IMG/VR virus record: IMGVR_UViG_3300032116_000218
Span: 1 to 59,181 of that record
Origin: a virus
Taxonomy: Duplodnaviria; Caudoviricetes
Direction: 5' to 3' (one strand)
DNA length: 59,181 bases
The notes under the pieces were generated by a model. That model searched no databases. It was not told the origin of the DNA and saw only the letters and a program-made list of their open reading frames with translations. Position 1 is the first letter of the stretch. Each line of letters opens with the position of its first letter. Below are positions 46,562-54,405 of the stretch, piece by piece. A program made the translations under genes and the position numbers.

Positions 46562-47353
46562 ATGGAAAAGCACAAACATTTCAAAGCAGCACAGCCAGAC
46601 GGATATACTACGATGTATACCGCAAAGGTGTCTACAGCAGACTTTCTGCGGATTGCCATGCAGCAAGGTTCGCACTTACAGAAGCCAGAAAGTGACCAAC
46701 GGTTCTATTCCGTTGGTTCTGTTGCTGAAGCCTTGAAAATCCAGAAAGAAGGCTACATCCCACCCGCAGGACTTGTCAAAATGCCGACATTCATGGCAGA
46801 CACCAACACCGTATACATGGAACGTGCTGTGGTGGGCCAGTTTCCTGATGTGGCGGCATTTTTAAGAGGCGAACCCGAATCCATGTACAACATGGTATTC
46901 GACCCACAACCAACACCTACGGTGCATTTGGCAGCTATGATGAATGTTACTGGCGGGATATCTGCCGAAAGTCAGCAGAAACACGCGGATGAGGTGTATA
47001 ATTGTATAAGGGCGTTGCAGAATGCGGGAAACCAAGTGACCCTGACGGCCCTCTTTTACAATAGCTTTTCTGGGGGCAAATACGAAACCCTGCAAGTTGA
47101 AATTTTAAAAGAGGGTCAGGTGTTGTCGGCTGCAACACTTGGTGCAAGGTTTCACCTTTGCTTTTACCGTGTATGTTGGTTCAGTTGGGCCACATTGCAT
47201 TTCAATAGCTGTGGCTGCTCCCAACGCCCGCCAGAGTATGTTGATGACGGGAAAAGACTTGTTATTCCCTCTGTAGAATTCATGCCGAAAGGCCAGAATG
47301 TATCTGAATTTGTCAAAGAGGGATTGAGGAAAAAACTGGGGGCTGCTGTATAG
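46562..47353 (+). CDS. vWA-like partner of the AAA+ ATPase
   Basis: V.G.FPDV.AFL.GEPE.M motif; adjacent to the MoxR gene. Confidence 0.55.
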   Translation: MEKHKHFKAAQPDGYTTMYTAKVSTADFLRIAMQQGSHLQKPESDQRFYSVGSVAEALKIQKEGYIPPAGLVKMPTFMADTNTVYMERAVVGQFPDVAAFLRGEPESMYNMVFDPQPTPTVHLAAMMNVTGGISAESQQKHADEVYNCIRALQNAGNQVTLTALFYNSFSGGKYETLQVEILKEGQVLSAATLGARFHLCFYRVCWFSWATLHFNSCGCSQRPPEYVDDGKRLVIPSVEFMPKGQNVSEFVKEGLRKKLGAAV

Positions 47354-47363
47354 CCCCCAAAAA

Positions 47364-47443
47364 GCCCGCTCCTTGGTGGTTTGCCAGATACATGGCAAAG
47401 AGGGTTCGAATCCCTTGGCGGGTGCAATACGCAATGATGCGTA
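47364..47443 (+). ncRNA. tRNA-like element 1 plus downstream hairpin
   Basis: GCCCGCT/GGCGGGT stem, GAGGG-TTCGAAT-CCCTT T-arm, TTGCCA/TGGCAA arm, GCAA, then TACGCA-ATGA-TGCGTA. Confidence 0.7.
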
Positions 47444-47480
47444 TAGTTTTATTTTAACAAATTTTTAAACCATTAATAAC

Positions 47481-47672
47481 ATGACAAATATCAGTATTCC
47501 GGTCGATTTAATTTTAGCTGACCCTCAATTCAAAGCATTTCGTGAATATTACGGAATGGAACAAACAGATAAAAACGATTACGAAACCGGCTGCATTCAA
47601 ACAGCAAACGCCTTAATGCCTATTATCAGTTTGCTATTAGCTGAATTGACAATTCAACAAGAAAAGAAATAA
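47481..47672 (+). CDS. Hypothetical protein
   Basis: 63 aa with an A-rich leader. Confidence 0.6.
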   Translation: MTNISIPVDLILADPQFKAFREYYGMEQTDKNDYETGCIQTANALMPIISLLLAELTIQQEKK

Positions 47673-47713
47673 TCTTTCTGAAAACCTATAGCACCCCGCA
47701 CCCCCGTGTATAC

Positions 47714-47739
47714 AGCCCCGCTTTTTGCGGGGTTTTTTG
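47714..47739 (+). terminator. Intrinsic terminator
   Basis: AGCCCCGC-TTTTT-GCGGGGTT followed by a T-run. Confidence 0.7.
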
Positions 47740-47896
47740 TATACATCCAATTGTGAAAACCATTATCCTTAAATTTAGCCTTTCGCATTAATCATAAGAC
47801 CTTTCGTCTTATTAAATTAACCGTTTATCCAATAACATGGTCTGTAATTTTGTAAACAAATGATATTGCAAAAAACATTTAACACAAATCAAAAAA

Positions 47897-48124
47897 ATGG
47901 TACAGAAAAGATTTAGTGACTTCCACGTAAGTAGAATCAAAAAAGAAGCATTGCCAAAAGGCAGCGGTTTTTTGGAAACCCTAATTGAGGCAGATGCCTT
48001 TTTTGAGGCGTACAAAGAAGACGGAATGTCTACATATCAACTCATTCAGATTGTGGGCTGTCAGGTGGCTGTTAGCAATGCAGCTGCATGGCTAATTGCA
48101 GATCATCATATTAACTATAATTAA
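47897..48124 (+). CDS. Hypothetical protein
   Basis: 75 aa; TAATTTTG promoter motif at 47845. Confidence 0.55.
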   Translation: MVQKRFSDFHVSRIKKEALPKGSGFLETLIEADAFFEAYKEDGMSTYQLIQIVGCQVAVSNAAAWLIADHHINYN

Positions 48125-48125
48125 C

Positions 48126-48407
48126 ATGAAAAGACTGGGAGCAACAATTTTCGACAATGGCGGTCAAACAATTGACCGCTATACTATCATCCTTACGGAC
48201 GGTTCTGTGTATGGAGCAAATGAAACCCCCACAGACCCCGCAAAGGGCTTTGGTATATATGCGGGAACAACCACCGATTTGCGGGGCAAAACTCAATTTG
48301 AGTTCTGTTGGGAAGCCAGAATGCAGGGCCATTTAGGCAAAGAAATCCCGTTTAAGGTGCTGCCAAATGAAGTAAAGAATTATATCAAAAAAATAGCAAT
48401 TGTATGA
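48126..48407 (+). CDS. Hypothetical phage protein
   Basis: FDNGG.T.DRYTI...HLGK.I.F..LP motif; ATG at 48126. Confidence 0.65.
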   Translation: MKRLGATIFDNGGQTIDRYTIILTDGSVYGANETPTDPAKGFGIYAGTTTDLRGKTQFEFCWEARMQGHLGKEIPFKVLPNEVKNYIKKIAIV

Positions 48408-48634
48408 AAATGAAATTTTATGCCATGATTGACGGCAAAAGAGAACTATACGGATTCCCGCCAATCAACACCTACTTTGCTGAGGGGTTTTATCCAGAGA
48501 CGGCTCCTGCGGGGGCGGCATTTGTTCGCACCCACATCGGGTTGCATCCTTTGTATACAATCCAAGGCGAAAGGTATACAAGGCCAGAGTATGCAGGTCA
48601 GAGCATCAAAGAAATGAAATCTTTTAAACCATAG
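48404..48634 (+). CDS. Hypothetical protein
   Basis: ATGA-coupled 76 aa ORF. Confidence 0.55.
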   Translation: MKMKFYAMIDGKRELYGFPPINTYFAEGFYPETAPAGAAFVRTHIGLHPLYTIQGERYTRPEYAGQSIKEMKSFKP

Positions 48635-48639
48635 AAAAA

Positions 48640-48897
48640 ATGAAAAAAATACTATTTGTCTTATTCTCAATCGGGTTGTTTTCATGCTCAAAATATGAAG
48701 AGCCGATAGCCCCAAATTATTCAGGGGTGGTAGTGCGTGAGAGTGGTAGTAACTACTACGCAGAAATCCTGCACAAACATTTGTTTAAGGCGGGTGACAC
48801 CATAACAATTACATATAACAATATGCCAAACCACCCGCATTCATACCCCTCAAAAAGAAGAGGGGAATATGTGAAAGTAGTTATTGTCAGGATTTAA
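48640..48897 (+). CDS. Putative lipoprotein
   Basis: MKKILFVLFSIGLFSC signal peptide with a lipobox cysteine. Confidence 0.7.
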   Translation: MKKILFVLFSIGLFSCSKYEEPIAPNYSGVVVRESGSNYYAEILHKHLFKAGDTITITYNNMPNHPHSYPSKRRGEYVKVVIVRI

Positions 48898-48898
48898 T

Positions 48899-48960
48899 AG
48901 CACGAAGGTCGTAAGGACGGGTCCGACTCCCGTCCGTGCTGCAATGCGGAATATCCCGCA
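48899..48960 (+). ncRNA. tRNA-like element 2 plus hairpin
   Basis: AGCACG/CGTGCT, GACGGG-TCCGACT-CCCGTC, GCAA, TGCGG-AATATC-CCGCA. Confidence 0.7.
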
Positions 48961-48980
48961 GAGTTTTAATCAACAAAAAA

Positions 48981-49445
48981 ATGTCAACAGACAAAAACAG
49001 CACTTACTCTTATTCAATCTGTCACAACGTAGCTGACGGATTGGGGTTCTTTGTTCTCACAAACCGTGAAGGTTTCTGCCAGACCTTGGAAGAAGCCGTA
49101 GCACTTGCGGACAAGTTTAATGAGGTGACCAACAGCCGTAGCTATAAAGCCACAGCAACCCAACACTATAAACATGGCGGGTTTCATTCTGGGGTGGTGT
49201 ATAAGGTTATAGGGGTTAGCCCAGACGGACAGCCGCATGACCACTATGCGTATACAGAATTCCCAGTAAAGTGGATTACCGAAGCGGAATACGATGCAAT
49301 GACAGATATTGGCGAAGGCAATCGCTATTCGTTTCTGGATGAACACAAGGCAATATACTTTGCTTTCACAAGGGAAAAGTCTCTGAAGAACTCAGAGGAA
49401 TGGAAAGCAAAAAGAGAGGCCGCTAAAACCGAAAACAACGCATGA
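48981..49445 (+). CDS. Hypothetical protein
   Basis: ATG at 48981 after an A-rich leader. Confidence 0.6.
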   Translation: MSTDKNSTYSYSICHNVADGLGFFVLTNREGFCQTLEEAVALADKFNEVTNSRSYKATATQHYKHGGFHSGVVYKVIGVSPDGQPHDHYAYTEFPVKWITEAEYDAMTDIGEGNRYSFLDEHKAIYFAFTREKSLKNSEEWKAKREAAKTENNA

Positions 49446-49720
49446 AAGATTTAGGTATAGGGTTAGCCGTTTTTACGGCAACCCTTTCGATTTGCCTCTT
49501 AATTAGGGGCGTGAGTAAGTTTGTTTCATCCAGAGAAACCAAGGTGACCACCACCAAAGTAGACACTACCTCTGCGATTGCAAGGCGGGTTATACGCCCC
49601 TTGTCTGGGGTTAGCTTGGTATACGTTGCAGAACTGGATACCACATACAAACCCTCTGATACGATTGTAATATTATCTCCAGTATCTGGAACCATGATAA
49701 AGGCGGTGGTTGTCCGCTAA
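49442..49720 (+). CDS. Membrane-anchored hypothetical protein
   Basis: N-terminal hydrophobic helix. Confidence 0.55.
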   Translation: MKDLGIGLAVFTATLSICLLIRGVSKFVSSRETKVTTTKVDTTSAIARRVIRPLSGVSLVYVAELDTTYKPSDTIVILSPVSGTMIKAVVVR

Positions 49721-49730
49721 ACAACTAAAC

Positions 49731-49792
49731 AGCATGAAGGTCGAAAGGGCGGGTTCGAATCCCGTCCGTGCTGCAATACGCAATAATGCGTA
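49731..49792 (+). ncRNA. tRNA-like element 3 plus hairpin
   Basis: AGCATG/CGTGCT, GGCGGG-TTCGAAT-CCCGTC, GCAA, TACGCA-ATAA-TGCGTA. Confidence 0.75.
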
Positions 49793-49811
49793 GAATTATA
49801 TAATCAATTTT

Positions 49812-50087
49812 ATGAAAATAGTTTTGAAAGAAAATTATGTGGCGGTTTTGAAAACCGAATTTGGCGAAGTAATTGGCACATTTTATTCAACTGAACTTGC
49901 AAGTTTTGCAATGGAAAAAGCCGTCTCTGAATATTTTGATTGCGCTTGCTCGTTAACAAACCCGCAGGATTTTGACCACCCTCTTGAAGAAGAAAGGTCG
50001 TATACGTTTGTCTTATACGGAGAAACGCCCGAATCTGATGTCTTTGAAGAATTTAAACTTGTATCAGCACCTTTATTCAATTACTAA
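49812..50087 (+). CDS. Hypothetical protein
   Basis: 91 aa, acidic. Confidence 0.6.
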   Translation: MKIVLKENYVAVLKTEFGEVIGTFYSTELASFAMEKAVSEYFDCACSLTNPQDFDHPLEEERSYTFVLYGETPESDVFEEFKLVSAPLFNY

Positions 50088-50088
50088 A

Positions 50089-50589
50089 ATGACAGCAGAA
50101 GAATTATTCAACGAACTACTGGCCCTCAGAGACCTTTATGGCTCTCTTGAAAATGTGCCAGTTTCCGTATTCATGAATCACGAAAGATTGGACATCAACT
50201 TGGTGGACCATTTTTCAGACCAAAAAAACGGGGAAACCGTTTTGCACTCAATAGACTTAAATGTTAAGGAATACGGGGACACCCTGAAATATAGGGTTGT
50301 ATACAATACCGACTCATTCGAAATCATTACGGAAAAGGGCGGGGTTGCATCGTGCTACAAAACCCCAGAAAATTTTGTAACAAATTTTTTCTGCAAAAGC
50401 CTGAATGAATGCGATACGGATAAGGACATCTGGGAACAGCTTGCTGAAGGCAAAGTATATTTTAAAGACTGGGAAAAAACACCCACGGTTCAGGAAGCAA
50501 TTGAAAATGCTCTTGAATGGCTTGTATTCCCTGCCCCGTCCAAATGGGTGGAAGACAAAACTTTGTATACAGACTTTTTTAAATCATAA
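50089..50589 (+). CDS. Hypothetical protein
   Basis: ATG at 50089 (MTAEELF). Confidence 0.6.
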   Translation: MTAEELFNELLALRDLYGSLENVPVSVFMNHERLDINLVDHFSDQKNGETVLHSIDLNVKEYGDTLKYRVVYNTDSFEIITEKGGVASCYKTPENFVTNFFCKSLNECDTDKDIWEQLAEGKVYFKDWEKTPTVQEAIENALEWLVFPAPSKWVEDKTLYTDFFKS

Positions 50590-50602
50590 AACAAAACGTA
50601 AA

Positions 50603-50866
50603 ATGAAAAAATTCAAATTTGCCCGTAGGTGCGATGTAAGCAATGAGGGCATGAATGAGGGGTGGGTAATAGGTGACGGTGTCATGTATATCAAAAGCGA
50701 AACCGAAGCCGAAAAATGGGCAATCGAAAACGGATATGCCAACATTGAAGATGCATTGGATGAAGACGCAATCTATTGGACCGAATGGGAGGAAATCGAA
50801 GATGATGATGAATGGTATGAAAGTGACCATCAGGACGGGCGTGATGCCGTTCTGGTGAGCGAATAG
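50603..50866 (+). CDS. Acidic hypothetical phage protein
   Basis: FARRCD....GMNEGW...YWTEWE; ATG at 50603. Confidence 0.65.
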   Translation: MKKFKFARRCDVSNEGMNEGWVIGDGVMYIKSETEAEKWAIENGYANIEDALDEDAIYWTEWEEIEDDDEWYESDHQDGRDAVLVSE

Positions 50867-50930
50867 GCACGAATAATGGTCGTAGGGTGGGTTCGACTCC
50901 CACCCGTGCTTCAATACGCAATAATGCGTA
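50866..50930 (+). ncRNA. tRNA-like element 4 plus hairpin
   Basis: GGCACG/CGTGCT, GGTGGG-TTCGACT-CCCACC, TCAA, TACGCA-ATAA-TGCGTA. Confidence 0.75.
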
Positions 50931-50951
50931 GATTTTTAAAACAAATGTAAA

Positions 50952-51347
50952 ATGAGAGTAATTGTAATCGACTCTGAAAAACAAACCGTATACGAAACCC
51001 AGATCGGGAAAGATTTTCGTGAAATCTACCCGCTGATCGGGAATGGATGCACAACCTTTTGCTGCCCCGTGGCTTTGCCGAACGGGGACATGATGTTTGC
51101 AGATGATGAAGCCCTTTTGCAAGACGAAATAAAAGGTGCATTCATTATGCCAGACTGGGACTACCCGTTATGCGGGAATGTCGTGTTAATCAATTCTGAC
51201 GAAGAGGGCGAAAGTGTTGATGCTGTTTCGGCTGTGGCCGATGTAGAAGCCTTAGTTAAATGGATAAGCCCGCAGGATGCCGTTGCGTGGGCATCAGAAG
51301 CCCTATCCAGACCACCCGCAATAATTTTCTTTAAAGACAATGACTAA
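50952..51347 (+). CDS. DUF3846-like protein
   Basis: I..LIG.......D....DDEALL......PL.GN.V....D.EG.S pattern. Confidence 0.55.
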   Translation: MRVIVIDSEKQTVYETQIGKDFREIYPLIGNGCTTFCCPVALPNGDMMFADDEALLQDEIKGAFIMPDWDYPLCGNVVLINSDEEGESVDAVSAVADVEALVKWISPQDAVAWASEALSRPPAIIFFKDND

Positions 51348-51654
51348 GCGGGAAATAAGCAAATACGGGGAGGTTTCAAAAAACCTCTCCAAAAACCATT
51401 CTGTCGGGGGTGCAGTCTGGAGCGAAGAAAGCTTTGTAGAGGGCTTCAATCAGGCGGTCCAAATGTTGGAACCAGACTCTGATTTGGTGCAATGTCCGAA
51501 GTGTAACACCTCATCCGTTGTAATGAATAATTTTGTAAAAAAGGACGCATTGCAAGTGCTGCAATATCCCGCATATGTTGAAGCAAATTTCTTGTGCTAT
51601 AAGTGTAGACATGAATTTGTGAAACAGCTTAAATTAAGCCCCGTACAGCCATGA
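51340..51654 (+). CDS. Zn-ribbon hypothetical protein
   Basis: CPKC...CYKC.H. Confidence 0.55.
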   Translation: MTKREISKYGEVSKNLSKNHSVGGAVWSEESFVEGFNQAVQMLEPDSDLVQCPKCNTSSVVMNNFVKKDALQVLQYPAYVEANFLCYKCRHEFVKQLKLSPVQP

Positions 51655-51800
51655 AAGGACTCTTGTTTTTAGGCGTTGTAAACGCCGTGCTGTTCTATTT
51701 GTTCTGGGGCAACTGGTATGTGTTGGCAATAATATCCTTTGGATTTTTCTATGCCTACAAAAAGTTTGCAATGGACTATGCCGATAAGCTGTTAAAGTAG
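51651..51800 (+). CDS. Small membrane protein
   Basis: 49 aa (MKGLLFLGVV...), below the ORF-track cutoff; ATGA-coupled; hydrophobic. Confidence 0.55.
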   Translation: MKGLLFLGVVNAVLFYLFWGNWYVLAIISFGFFYAYKKFAMDYADKLLK

Positions 51801-51829
51801 GTGTAGAGCAACTTTTTAAGCTATGCCAT

Positions 51830-51866
51830 AAAGGGGCGGGATTTGTTTCCTTGCCCCTTTCTTTTT
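51830..51866. terminator. Terminator at the convergence of early and replication units
   Basis: AAAGGGGCGGGA...TCCTTGCCCCTTT followed by a T-run. Confidence 0.65.
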
Positions 51867-51870
51867 GCCC

Positions 51871-52059
51871 CTATAAAAAATGTCCCGAATCCTCCTTGTT
51901 AAGAAAATCCCGTAAATATTTAATCAAATCAGTTTTGATGCTTGGCGGCAACCCTTCCAACACCCCCTCGTCAATTATAATTAAACCATCTGGATAATTT
52001 ATTGACTCTTTACCGCTTGGTTTTGCCCAAGAAATGAAATGCTCAATTTGTTCTTGCAT
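51871..52059 (-). CDS. Hypothetical protein
   Basis: 62 aa ORF. Confidence 0.5.
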   Translation of the reverse strand: MQEQIEHFISWAKPSGKESINYPDGLIIIDEGVLEGLPPSIKTDLIKYLRDFLNKEDSGHFL

Positions 52060-52066
52060 ATGTATT

Positions 52067-52465
52067 CTAAAAAGTTTGTTTTTTATTTCCTCTAGCCTCG
52101 TTGGTTATCATCTGGTGACAGCCCTCACACACCACCCTTAATAAAGACGAGTCTTCTACGAATAGCCTTTCGCAGAAACCAGCAAGGTCTGTATACGATT
52201 TCAGGCTACCCACGGGAATGATGTGGTCCACCTCTACTTCCTTCGCCTTATACAGATTGCTGCACATGGCGCACTTGTATAACATTAATTTCCTGCTGCC
52301 AATATGTGTGATGCATTGGGCCTTCTTAAGGGCATCCTTCTTTGGTTGCCAAGAAAAGCGGGTTAGCCCTCTAAGAGCAGCCCTAATCTTTCCGAAGTGC
52401 TGTGCTTCGGTTTCTGTATTTCCGTTGCGGGTTCTTGCCACCCGTATAACACGCGTTTTTTTCAT
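52067..52465 (-). CDS. HNH endonuclease
   Basis: C..C...EVDHIIP.....RLF.E...L.V.C..CH; likely start MKKTR. Confidence 0.8.
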   Translation of the reverse strand: MKKTRVIRVARTRNGNTETEAQHFGKIRAALRGLTRFSWQPKKDALKKAQCITHIGSRKLMLYKCAMCSNLYKAKEVEVDHIIPVGSLKSYTDLAGFCERLFVEDSSLLRVVCEGCHQMITNEARGNKKQTF

Positions 52466-52562
52466 ATTACAAAAAAGCCCCCGCCAAAAGCGAAGGCGTT
52501 TTATCACGTTTCTCTAAATCCCTAAAATTAGAATATCAAAAATAATGATAAAATTCCTTCTG

Positions 52563-52835
52563 TCATTTTATTATGTCTGGCCTCCTTTCCTTTATTTCTT
52601 TTAGTAATTCTTTTTGGCTCTCAATTGGCATCTTAAGAAAGTTGACAAGAAGAATTCTCTGCATTTCGGCCCACCAAAGGTTGTTGGACATCTTTTCTAA
52701 GGCCATAAACTTATTGGCTTCAGCCTCTATACAGAACGCCCCAAATGAAATCAAATCATCGTAATGGTAAGGCCATTTGATGTTGGCCTTTTTCCATTCG
52801 TGATACAACTTGTCAGCTTGCTCGCTGTTTGACAT
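52563..52835 (-). CDS. Hypothetical protein
   Basis: 90 aa ORF. Confidence 0.55.
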   Translation of the reverse strand: MSNSEQADKLYHEWKKANIKWPYHYDDLISFGAFCIEAEANKFMALEKMSNNLWWAEMQRILLVNFLKMPIESQKELLKEIKERRPDIIK

Positions 52836-52839
52836 ACAC

Positions 52840-53079
52840 TTAAGTTTTTAGGTAAACTTCTACTTTTTGCTCAGTCGATAAACCCACAAGTTTATGACCA
52901 TGCACTTTAACCCATTCGTAAAAACGTATAGGGTCAACATAGACCAAATCGGTGGGGTTAATTTTTTCATGCCACCAAGTGACTTCGTCTATTTCTTGAA
53001 AGTCATCAACGGGTTCCCCGTCCGTGTCAATTATAAGGTAGATGTGCGAAGGGATGTTCTTCATAGGGACTTCGGTCAT
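52840..53079 (-). CDS. Hypothetical protein
   Basis: P..IYL...EVTW..E.I..TD..Y; promoter motif at 53089. Confidence 0.55.
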   Translation of the reverse strand: MTEVPMKNIPSHIYLIIDTDGEPVDDFQEIDEVTWWHEKINPTDLVYVDPIRFYEWVKVHGHKLVGLSTEQKVEVYLKT

Positions 53080-53154
53080 TTTTAAATGCAAAACTAAACA
53101 CTTCCAAAATAATTTATGAATTCCGTTTTTTAGTTCTGTCTATAATTTATGTTT

Positions 53155-53337
53155 TCATTTCTTTTCGTTGTTACTCTGCTCAAACTTCGCCCGTTCACAA
53201 ACCAATTTTCCATTCTTCACCACAACCTTCGCTTCATTTAAGGCCATTATATTAAAGTGAGCGTTGTCGATGGCTTCTTTGTGCTTGTCGGCAATAGCGG
53301 ATATGGCCGCTTTCATTTCTTGTTCCTCTAATGTCAT
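53155..53337 (-). CDS. Hypothetical protein
   Basis: 60 aa, ATGA-coupled. Confidence 0.5.
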   Translation of the reverse strand: MTLEEQEMKAAISAIADKHKEAIDNAHFNIMALNEAKVVVKNGKLVCERAKFEQSNNEKK

Positions 53338-53615
53338 TCTGGTGTCGTTAAAATGACAGCTTGCTCATCAGTAAGCGGTTCCAGTATTTCACGCAGTTCC
53401 TGTTCCCCGGTGACGCTGAAGAAATACCCCGGTTCCCCGTATACAGGATACACTTGTATACCGCTTTTCTTAAAGCACATCTTTTGTATGTGTGCTTTTG
53501 AAATACGCCCCGCCTCAATATTTCTGGACGGGATGTCTTTTATAAACCGCACCCATTGAAGGTTAGCACCCTGCAAACCCTCAACACCTCCTTGAAAAAA
53601 AGTTATGTCTGACAT
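53334..53615 (-). CDS. Hypothetical protein
   Basis: 93 aa ORF. Confidence 0.55.
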   Translation of the reverse strand: MSDITFFQGGVEGLQGANLQWVRFIKDIPSRNIEAGRISKAHIQKMCFKKSGIQVYPVYGEPGYFFSVTGEQELREILEPLTDEQAVILTTPE

Positions 53616-53632
53616 TATTTTGTTAAAAAAAT

Positions 53633-54025
53633 CTAAATACTTGTAAATTCATTTGGCAACGGAATGTATATGTCTAACTCACTAATTGCCCATATCCTTA
53701 TACTTTCCAAGTACATTTCCATTTCCTGAGTGTTTAGGTCTGTAGTGCTTTTGGCGAATACATCCTCTTCGCCTGTTATCGGATTTGTCTTTGTATACCC
53801 CAAAAACTTGCGTCTCAAAAGCATATGCATCTCGTCTCGGTAATAACCAACCTCGGACGCAAGCACAGCTACTACCACGGCCCAGTAGTATTTGTTTTGA
53901 CTCAAGCTTCTGATATTCTTAACCTTCTGGATGTTGATTTTGTATACGCCATTCTTCAGATTCTTCAGCACCTGATAAAGGCGTTTTTTGTCTGCGTCTT
54001 CTTGTGAATTGTATATCAGTTCCAT
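53633..54025 (-). CDS. NinB-like recombination-associated protein
   Basis: RSL.QN.YYW, H..L...FL, ST..L...EM..Y.E.I..WA. Confidence 0.7.
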   Translation of the reverse strand: MELIYNSQEDADKKRLYQVLKNLKNGVYKINIQKVKNIRSLSQNKYYWAVVVAVLASEVGYYRDEMHMLLRRKFLGYTKTNPITGEEDVFAKSTTDLNTQEMEMYLESIRIWAISELDIYIPLPNEFTSI

Positions 54026-54030
54026 CGCTG

Positions 54031-54405
54031 TTAAAATTGACCGTGAAGATAACTATGCTCCTTCTGACTGTTCAGCCATCTCCACGACTTTAAAACTTGT
54101 TGTATACTGGGAATTGTATCACCTGCTATCAACTCATCAAGCTGCCCGGTTGTATACGCTTGGTATATCAACCCGGCCTCATCTTCGGCTTCTTTGACAA
54201 GTTTAAATCCTCGCAAAGCAGGATATAAAATCTCCCAGTCGGTGGTATGGAAGAAGCTTCCAGTAGACTCGTTAAGGTATTTGTATTCTTCCATAAGTTC
54301 AGGGTCGTTTGAATATTTAGGAGGAACGCAACATCTTGTCCAGAGACAGCAAAAACATAAGTGCCATTTGCTTCTGGGGGTGGTGTATAGGGGGTCTAAT
54401 TTCAT
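54031..54405 (-). CDS. Hypothetical protein
   Basis: 124 aa, coupled to the helicase stop codon. Confidence 0.5.
   Translation of the reverse strand: MKLDPLYTTPRSKWHLCFCCLWTRCCVPPKYSNDPELMEEYKYLNESTGSFFHTTDWEILYPALRGFKLVKEAEDEAGLIYQAYTTGQLDELIAGDTIPSIQQVLKSWRWLNSQKEHSYLHGQF

Noticed and set aside
47364-47427. Canonical tRNA gene
   Set aside because: No D-stem, a 6-nt loop instead of a 7-nt anticodon loop, and only about 64 nt; kept as a tRNA-like element.
47364-50930. CRISPR array or integron cassette array
   Set aside because: Repeats are separated by 0.8-1.5 kb of genes, with no cas or integrase gene in the window and no attC GTTRRRY pattern.
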